64,000 nt of DNA. It comes from Opitutales bacterium. GTDB taxonomy: Bacteria; Verrucomicrobiota; Verrucomicrobiia; Opitutales; UBA2987. A program made the position numbers and the translations under genes. Shown one piece after another: positions 56,458 through 64,000 of the stretch; within the stretch, counting starts at the first letter, position 1; the number at the start of each line of letters is the position of its first letter. The notes beneath the pieces are model-generated. The model was not told the DNA's origin. It made no database searches and saw nothing but the letters and a program-made list of their open reading frames with translations. The stretch covers positions 480,001 through 544,000 of the forward strand of contig CBDDEL010000017.1 in assembly GCA_965226885.1 (NCBI GenBank), read 5' to 3'.

Positions 56458-58023
56458 CCCGGATATTTCGTAAAAAAGTATCGTTGATATGCTTAACTGC
56501 TGATATACAGCAGGATAGATCAATAATTAAAGCAATATCAGCGATGACAAAAGGTAAACAATTAAAGCTACAGTTGACAAGGGTAAAAGGCCGCCGTGTG
56601 CGGGTTGATTTCAAGGGCGGAGAGGTTACTTCGGATGCCGGACTGCTTTTGATCCGGGAAGTGGATCGGCAGTTGGGCTTGACCGAACGAGCGGCCCGAC
56701 AGTTAGTGGACAAACGGCAGAAGGGCAAAGTACGCCATGAGGTATTGGGGATGCTGCGGCAGCGCGTTTACGGGCTGGTGGCGGGCTATGAGGATTTGAA
56801 CGACTTTGATACCCTGCGCCACGATCCATTGTTGCAAACGGTAACGGGGCGCATTGAAACGTTGGCCAGCGCGCCGACTTTGTGTCGTTTTGAAAACGGG
56901 CAGGATCGGCGGGCGGCCTTTGCGGTAAACGAGCTGTTGGTCGAACAGTTCATGGGCTCCTTTGCCGAGGAACCCGAAGAGATCATCCTGGACTTTGACG
57001 GCACCGACAATCCGGTGCACGGGCTCCAGGAGGGACGTTTTTTCCACGGTTATTATGATCATTACTGTTTTCTGCCGCTATATGTTTTTTGCGGTGATCA
57101 GCTGCTGGTGGCCTACCTGCGGCCGAGCAAGATCGATGCCAGCAAGCATGCCGGGGCCATCCTCAAATTGCTGGTTAGACGGATTCGCCAAAGCTGGCCC
57201 CGTACGCGGATTATTTGGCGCGCCGACAGTGGATTTTGTCGAGACCGGATACTCTCTTGGTGCGACCGCAACGAAGTTAGTTACATCGTGGGGATGGCTC
57301 GCAATGCACGCTTGCAGCAAGACGCCCAGCAGTTGCAAAAGCAGGCCAAAGAATGGTTCGAACTAAGGGGTAAAAAACAACGGTTATTCCAGGACTTCGT
57401 CTATGCTGCCGATTCGTGGCGATGGCTGCGGTTGGTCATCCATAAAGCCGAACACACCGCACAGGGGTCCAACCCGCGCTTCGTGGTGACGAACCTGCCG
57501 GGCGATCCCCAGGAGCTTTACGACAAGGTATACTGTGGCCGCGGTGAAATGGAGAACCGCATCAAGGAACAGATGCAATTGTTCAGCGAGCGCACCAGCG
57601 CCCATCAATGGTGGGCCAATCAGTGGCGATTGCTCTTGTCGGCGCTGGCCTACACCTTGATGGAAGCCATGCGCCGGTTAGCCTTAAAAGGGACGAAGTG
57701 GGCGCGGGCCCAATGCCACACCCTGCGGCTCAAATTAATCAAGATCGGAGCGGTCATCGTGCGCAACACCCGAACGATTCACTTTCACCTAAGTGAGAGT
57801 TATCCTTGGGCCAGTCTTTTCAACCATGCGGCCCGCCGATTGGTGCCAACCTAAAGGGTGCATTGGTGCTGCCCCCGGCACTACCGAACCAATGGGGGAA
57901 AGGGGGCAGTGTCTCTACACCCTGAAAAACACCTAAAAATCAAGACGATCTGCTCAAAATACAAAGAAATCCATCTCCAATAGCAATAACGAGCCAAACT
58001 TTACCCTTCATGAAATATCCGGG
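56458..58023 (+). mobile_element. IS1380-family element copy 6 (intact ORF)
   Basis: IRs, 1566 bp, TSD TTAG. Confidence 0.96.
56544..57854 (+). CDS. IS1380-family transposase
   Basis: Full-length ORF. Confidence 0.93.
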   Translation: MTKGKQLKLQLTRVKGRRVRVDFKGGEVTSDAGLLLIREVDRQLGLTERAARQLVDKRQKGKVRHEVLGMLRQRVYGLVAGYEDLNDFDTLRHDPLLQTVTGRIETLASAPTLCRFENGQDRRAAFAVNELLVEQFMGSFAEEPEEIILDFDGTDNPVHGLQEGRFFHGYYDHYCFLPLYVFCGDQLLVAYLRPSKIDASKHAGAILKLLVRRIRQSWPRTRIIWRADSGFCRDRILSWCDRNEVSYIVGMARNARLQQDAQQLQKQAKEWFELRGKKQRLFQDFVYAADSWRWLRLVIHKAEHTAQGSNPRFVVTNLPGDPQELYDKVYCGRGEMENRIKEQMQLFSERTSAHQWWANQWRLLLSALAYTLMEAMRRLALKGTKWARAQCHTLRLKLIKIGAVIVRNTRTIHFHLSESYPWASLFNHAARRLVPT

Positions 58024-58619
58024 TTAGTCTGGGAGGCAATCTGGTTCTCAAATACATTGGGGAAAGAGGAGCAGAGGGAAAGAGGAGCAGACATATCCCG
58101 ACAGATTGTTGCCGCCGCCGCCATCTCAGTTCCGTGTGATCTTGAATCCTGCTCCCGGCAAATGGCCCAAACCGGAAACAGATTCTATATGCGAAGGTTT
58201 ATCAAAAAACTGATTCGTAAAATGGAACCTAAATGCGCCATGCCGGGCGCGCCGTTCTGCCTGGAGGATTTTCTGCCCATGAAAACATTCGAGGAGTTCG
58301 ACGATCTTTATACGGGCCCCGTTCACGGATTTCGGGACGTGGTGGACTATTGGACTCAATGCAGCTCCCGCCAATTCCTGCCTAACATCCAAATACCGAC
58401 CTTGCTCATCAATGCGCGGGACGACCCATTTCTTTCCCCTAAATGCTACCCGGTTGAGGAAGCGAAAAAGAGCCGATACCTTTACCTGGAAATCCCGCAG
58501 CACGGCGGCCATGTCGGATTCATAACCTTTGGCGGCAAATGCGAATATTGGCATGAGGCCAAAGTATGCGATTTTTTAAGCAGCGGCAAAATGAGTGATT
58601 GAAAAGCTGAAAAACCATT

Positions 58620-59001
58620 TTAAACCCGATTGATAATATCGTGCGCCTTGGCCAGGGCATTTTTCAATTCACCCAGGACGACCGGTTTTGGAATATGGCC
58701 GTTCATGGATGCGGCGATGCATTTATCGCGATCTTCTTTCTGCGCAAATGCCGTGACCGCAATAATGTAGGTGTCTCTGCGGTCGATACCCCCTTCCCCG
58801 GAACGAATCCGCCTGGTAATTTCCCATCCATTCATGGCCGGCATTTGCAAATCCAACAGCAGAACTTCATACCGGCCGGCCCGAATTTTTTCCAAGACAT
58901 CGAGACTGCTTTCAACGAGGTCTGCCCGGTAACCTAATCTGGCCAGAATTTCGAGCATGAGGCGCTGGTTGGTCGGATCGTCCTCTGCGACAAGAATATT
59001 C
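58620..59001 (-). pseudogene. detached C-terminal receiver domain of the hybrid kinase
   Basis: LVAEDDPTNQRL...LLDLQMP...VTAFA...KP continues the 59799-62480 frame across IS1A. Confidence 0.88.
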
Positions 59002-59803
59002 GGTAGTGTATAAAAAAAGAATGTTATTTTGTATTTTTAGCTGTACAAATAGCGTTAGGCAGTTTATTTTTAGTGCATGGTTACTAAAATTATTAATTGT
59101 CGGCACTGTGGAAGTGAAAATATCATTAAATTTGGCAAGACGCCCAACCATAAACAGCGCTACCGCTGCCATGATTGTGGTAAACAAAGCCGCGAAAACC
59201 CCACAGTGAAATACACCGAAGAGCAAAAAGAAATGATCCTGCGAGTCTATCAGGAACGCAGCAGTCTACGCGGTTTACAGCGCGCCTTCGGGGTGAGTCC
59301 CAACACCGTTTTGAGTTGGTTAAAAAAAACGACAATCGCTGCGACCGCTCAAAAGCACGATTCTTGCGGCCCGCCGCCATGATGTCATTGAACTGGACGA
59401 ACTGTGGTCTTTTGTGGGGCGCAAGAGCGATGCCCAATGGGTTTGGATCGCTCTTTGCCGACGCACCCGTCAAATCCTCTCCTATGCCATTGGGCCTCGG
59501 GATTGGTATCGTTGCCGGGAACTTTACGAGCGTCTGCCACGGGCCTACAAAAGATGTGCCACCTACAGCGACTTTTGGAGCACTTATGATGAAGTCTTTC
59601 CTCATAACCGATCCGTGGGAAAAGAAACCGGTGAAACGGCCCATGTGGAACGATGGAACAATACCCTGCGCCAACGACTGGGTCGTTTCACACGCAAAAC
59701 CCTCTCCTTTTCCAAGCTTAAGAGTATGCATGAAACCTGTCTGAGACTTTTCATTCATCAATATAATCAAGAATTAGCCACCATTCCTACTTAATACACT
59801 ACC
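59002..59803 (+). mobile_element. IS1-family type A copy 6
   Basis: 802 bp, TSD GAATATTC; insA 59077-59382, insB to 59794. Confidence 0.96.
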
Positions 59804-62480
59804 GAATATTCAAAGGCTTTTCGACCGAAAAACTTATGTCCGCCTGGTTGTCCGTAGTTGGCATAGGTTTTTTCACCAACGCTTCCTCCACTTCAGAAAC
59901 TACGATCGTAAAATGAAAGGTGGAGCCTTTGCCCATTTGACTTTCGACCCAAATCCGGCCTCCCATTTTTTTGCATAAGCGCTTGCAAATGACCAAGCCC
60001 AATCCGGTGCCGCCATACTGCCGGGTGGTGGAGGAATCAACTTGGGAAAATGGTAAGAACAGTTGCTCTATCTTATCTTCGGGAATCCCGATTCCGGAGT
60101 CTCTGACCGCAAAATGGATATTCCATTGGGAATCCTCCAATTTGCTTGTGGCAACTTCAACCGACACATCTCCCTCTGCAGTGAACTTTACAGCATTGTT
60201 GACAAGGTTTAACAGGATCTGCCGCAAGCGATGGAAATCTCCTATGAAATAACTGCTGGAATCGTCATCCAGGTTGTATTTCAAACCAATATTCTTCTCC
60301 CGCGCTTTGATATTAACCAGTTCCAGCGCTTCCCGGACAGCGTCCTCCAGTTTAAATGGCGCCTCTTCCAGCTCAATGGCGCGGGATTCGATTTTGGAAA
60401 AATCAAGAACGTTATTAATCAACTCGAGCAGAGCCTTGCCGCTGCGGTTGATGATATTCACATATTCTTCCTGATCGGGTTTGATATCCGTTTGCGCCAG
60501 CAAGTCGGCAAACCCCAAAATGGCATTCATGGGGGTGCGGATTTCATGGCTCATCACGGCCAGAAATTCACCCTTGGCCAAACTCGCCGTATCGGCAATA
60601 TTTTTGGCTTTGACCAACTCGATTTCATTACGCTTGCTTTCAATAAATCCGCCGATGCTGGCGGCAACAGCGGTTAAAACAGCGACTTCGCTCTCCTCCC
60701 AAGTGCGTGACTGGGTATAGCCGGCAAATCCGATAATGCCCCAAAATTCCTTTTCCCGGAAAATGGGAACAAAAAGAGCCGAAACGTCTTCCGGCCACAT
60801 AAACAAACGGCGGGTGTCATCAGAAATTTCTCTTCCATGACCCTGAATGGCGCCGCCTACGGACAGCCTTTCGAACCATTCAGGCAATTGCTTGTGGTAG
60901 GAGAGATTCTGCAATTGAGAGTGATCTCGATCTTTGGTCGAAACCCCTTCCGGCCATTGGAATCTGAGACTCAGCTCCGTGATCTTGTTATCCGGGCTTT
61001 GACGATTTTCAAAAACATAAACCTTGTCAACGCCAGATGATTTTCCGAGATCGTCGATAGCATGGCCGATCGCTTGCTCAAAGTCCCGTATGGTTAAGAG
61101 ACTCGTTTTGGCTTTTGCCACTCCGCCCAACAGTTTGTCTCTTGCTTCCAGGGTACTAAGGGTTTCCTTTCTCTGCGTGATGTCATGAGCCAGTAAAATG
61201 ACGCTCAGTTGGCCGGAAATTACATCGGGATCCATGGGTGCCAGGCGTCCCTCGAACCAATAGTTTTTCCCTTCATGGGAAAGCGTGTATTCAATCACCT
61301 GGAGCTGCCCGGTCTCAATGGTTTTGGTGACCGCTTGATGGAGTTTATCGGCCATTTCAGAGGAGTAAAGTTCGAAATGGGTTTTGCCCCGGATTTCCAA
61401 CGCATGTTCGACTAGATGATCGTAATTGCTGCTCTCCGAAGCAAAGACTTCGAGATAACGCCCTTCGGCCGAAATAATAAAAGCGATATCAGGCATAGCA
61501 TTGAGAAAGGCCCTTAAACGCTGTTCGTTTTTGCTGATGGTTTCTTCCCGGATCTTATACTCGGTCAAAATGGAAGCCAGACTCAGGCCGGTCAGGCTGA
61601 GAACCCCTAAAAACACCCAGAGGTAGGCTGGAGGCTGGGAGTGTATCTTGGTAGCTTCAGGTCCTATGACTTCCTTTAATTCCCAGACGGCCATGATAGC
61701 TAAAATTAATATGCCGAGAGTGGCGCCGCGCTGGCCGTAGCGAATGCCCGCCCAGGCTAACAAGGGAAATATGGTCAACTCCAAAGGATAGCGAAGCGTA
61801 TCAGAGGGTGCCCAATTGCTGAATGCCATCCAACCGAAAAAAATGAGTGTGCACAACCAGAGGAATACCTCAATCAGTTGCCGGTTGGTGAAATTTATGC
61901 GGGTTTGGGAATACCAAACCAAAATAAACGGGCCCAGAACGACCATGCCCAAAAACTGCCCCAGCCAGCGAATCGACCAAATGTTATTGAAATCAGGTTT
62001 GAATTCAGGATGCTGCCAGACAAATGCTACGGTCGTGATGGAGGCATGGATCAGTGTGCTGAGCAGCGCGGCAATGAATATGAACCCCAGCACATCCTTC
62101 AACCGCTCAAGCGCGTTGTTGAAATTTACCAGCTTGCGAAGAGCGAATACCGCTCCGGCCATGGTTAATGAAAAAGAGGCCGCCGAAATTAGAGAGTAGG
62201 TCAAACCGCTTCCCTGCCAATAATCGGTAATCGCCGTGCCTAGGGCAAAGGCGCCCAGATACCGATAACCGAACAATAGTAAAACGGCTATGGCAAACCC
62301 GGATGGGGGCCACATAAGCGGGGCCGTTTTCTCCAATAGAGCCATTTCCAGGCCCAGGCCACCCGCAGACCCACAGTATATCAGGACCACCCCAAGATGT
62401 TTTGTAATACTCAGAGCCCATCCTCGGGCATCTCCGGGCAAATACTTGAAAAGGTCTGCTTTTCGGATCATAATAACCAC
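59799..62480 (-). CDS. MASE1-PAS-GAF histidine kinase, truncated before REC by IS1A
   Basis: WPPSG MASE1-like TM region, PAS, GAF, MSHEIRTPMN, NAVKFT, GGTGLGL; stop TAG supplied by the IS end. Confidence 0.9.
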   Translation of the reverse strand: MVIMIRKADLFKYLPGDARGWALSITKHLGVVLIYCGSAGGLGLEMALLEKTAPLMWPPSGFAIAVLLLFGYRYLGAFALGTAITDYWQGSGLTYSLISAASFSLTMAGAVFALRKLVNFNNALERLKDVLGFIFIAALLSTLIHASITTVAFVWQHPEFKPDFNNIWSIRWLGQFLGMVVLGPFILVWYSQTRINFTNRQLIEVFLWLCTLIFFGWMAFSNWAPSDTLRYPLELTIFPLLAWAGIRYGQRGATLGILILAIMAVWELKEVIGPEATKIHSQPPAYLWVFLGVLSLTGLSLASILTEYKIREETISKNEQRLRAFLNAMPDIAFIISAEGRYLEVFASESSNYDHLVEHALEIRGKTHFELYSSEMADKLHQAVTKTIETGQLQVIEYTLSHEGKNYWFEGRLAPMDPDVISGQLSVILLAHDITQRKETLSTLEARDKLLGGVAKAKTSLLTIRDFEQAIGHAIDDLGKSSGVDKVYVFENRQSPDNKITELSLRFQWPEGVSTKDRDHSQLQNLSYHKQLPEWFERLSVGGAIQGHGREISDDTRRLFMWPEDVSALFVPIFREKEFWGIIGFAGYTQSRTWEESEVAVLTAVAASIGGFIESKRNEIELVKAKNIADTASLAKGEFLAVMSHEIRTPMNAILGFADLLAQTDIKPDQEEYVNIINRSGKALLELINNVLDFSKIESRAIELEEAPFKLEDAVREALELVNIKAREKNIGLKYNLDDDSSSYFIGDFHRLRQILLNLVNNAVKFTAEGDVSVEVATSKLEDSQWNIHFAVRDSGIGIPEDKIEQLFLPFSQVDSSTTRQYGGTGLGLVICKRLCKKMGGRIWVESQMGKGSTFHFTIVVSEVEEALVKKPMPTTDNQADISFSVEKPLNIR

Positions 62481-62646
62481 ACGGACTGGTTAGAAAAGTA
62501 AACCGGACCGATTAACACAATTATTCATCACTCGATAAAAATTTACAAGAAAACAGTTGCCCCAAACTGCTTTAGGCGCCCACAAAAGAAAATAATCATT
62601 CGCGATGCGCATCGCATCGGTTTAATAATTGCTTTCCTTTCACTAG

Positions 62647-63971
62647 TGACGTGTACTGGATTTGTTGGACACGGGATTCTCTTATATTCATTGTTTATTG
62701 ATTAGTGTGTCAGGCGGCTTGTTTTGGTAAAGGGTTTTGTTTTCTCGTTGCCCCCCATGGGGGGCAAATATTTTCCTCGAATTGGACTGGGCTTTGGTAA
62801 CTCAGAGAGGAATGTTTGCGATATCGGTTGTAGAAGATTTCCACGTATTCGAAGACAGTTGATCGCAGTTCGCGCTCGTCGGCAAAGTGGCGGCCTCGAA
62901 TCGTGCTGGTCTTGAAGCGGCCGTAGAACGATTCCATGGCCGCGTTGTCGTAGCAGTTGCCTTGGGCGCTCATGCTCGGCTTCATGCCTAGTTCAGAGAC
63001 CAGCCTCTGATAGTCGTCGCTGGCGTAGGGGCTGCCCCGATCGCTGTGATGAATAATCCCGGTGCGCAGTGTGCCGCGGGTCATGGCCGCGGCTTTGAGG
63101 GCCTTGCCAACCAGCTTCGCGTCGTTGTGGTTGGAAACGCTCCAGCCTAGCAGGCGTCGGCTGAACAGGTCCATCACCGTGGCCAAGTACATCCAACCGG
63201 CCAGGGTCCGTAGGTAGGTCGTGTCCGCCACCCAGACCTCGTCGATATGGGTCGGCTGGCCATGCTTTTTAAGCACATTGGGGCTGTAACCATAGGGATG
63301 GTTACTGTTGGTTTTTAATGGCTTAAAGCGTTTACTCTGGGTGCTTTTGATTCCCATTTCACGCATCAGACGCAGAGCCCGGTCACGGCCGCAATCGATG
63401 CCCTCATCATCCTTCAGATGGCGGTGCATTGGCCGATGCCCATAGCGGCCCTTGGCCTCTTTGTGTACCTTCAGGATCGCCCCCTTGATTCCCTCGTCCT
63501 CGATCCGCCGGGCCGAGGGCGCTCGGTGCCTCCAGCAGTAATAGCCACTGCGACAAATCCCCATCGCCGAGCATATTTCCTCGATCTTGAAGCGCCCCTC
63601 GTTGTCTTTGACAAACTGGTACTTCATTGTTCGTCCTTGGCAAAGTAGCCCACCGTTTTTTTTAGTATCTGGTTGATCCGCTCCGAGCGGCGCAGCTCTT
63701 TGCGAAGACGATCTATCTCGGCCGCCATCTCCTTCGGACTGCTCTGTCGCTTTGAGGTGGCTTCGCCCTGCTGATCGTCCAGATAGAGCCTCTTCCACCT
63801 ATACAATTGGTTGGTGTTGACCCCAAGTTTGGTCGATACCTCGGTGGCGCTCAGACCATCGAGTATCATCAGTTGAACTGCCTCATTTTTGAACTCTATA
63901 CTGCGTCTTCTTCCCATGCTTCGATTCTCCATTTAGGAGAATCTCGTGTCCACTTTTTCCAGTGCACATCA
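62647..63971 (-). mobile_element. IS3-family element copy 7
   Basis: 1325 bp (3-bp deletion variant), TSD CTAG. Confidence 0.96.
62710..63917 (-). CDS. IS3 transposase OrfA/OrfB
   Basis: orfA 63624-63917, orfB 62710-63627. Confidence 0.9.
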
Positions 63972-64000
63972 CTAGACAGAAAATTATGATTAATTATTTT

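Larger units (their letters stand above)
56039..58602 (+). pseudogene. YheT-like alpha/beta hydrolase, split by IS1380 and frameshifted
   Basis: HLQTI, CHGLE, NFRGCSG, GFS|LGG nucleophile elbow split; 16-bp duplication 58060-58091; DDPF, GGHVGF. Confidence 0.9.

Overview
About 45% of this window (~29 kb, my estimate from element lengths) is insertion sequence, in a bacterial chromosome undergoing an IS explosion and pseudogenisation. The gene set (e.g. a DUF5069-like gene) loosely suggests Verrucomicrobiota, possibly a recently host-restricted symbiont; this is inference. Six IS types are present: 7 IS3-family copies, 6 IS1380-family copies plus 2 tandem end fragments, 6 IS1-family type-A copies plus 2 fragments, 2 IS1-family type-B copies, 1 IS21 and 1 IS630 remnant. 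Many are nested in a ~19 kb IS pile (13.4-32.2 kb). Housekeeping genes valS, nadE, hemL, murJ and an Sfp-type PPTase are intact. Signalling, catabolic and accessory genes are broken by IS insertions or by 5-22 bp perfect tandem micro-duplications. Highlights: (1) essential ffh has lost its native start at an IS3 rearrangement junction and is fused in frame to an IS-encoded ATG; (2) the IS1380 element targets YTAR and shows a mismatched CTAG/CTAT duplication suggestive of a piggyBac-like mechanism; (3) it also carries a compact pseudoknot-like structure right after its stop codon; (4) a pervasive micro-duplication mutational signature; (5) an IS1-type element that needs +1 recoding, with one naturally in-frame copy; (6) an ECF operon whose anti-sigma was separated from its RBS, preceded by an unannotated 48-aa ORF. 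No rRNA, tRNA or CRISPR array was seen.
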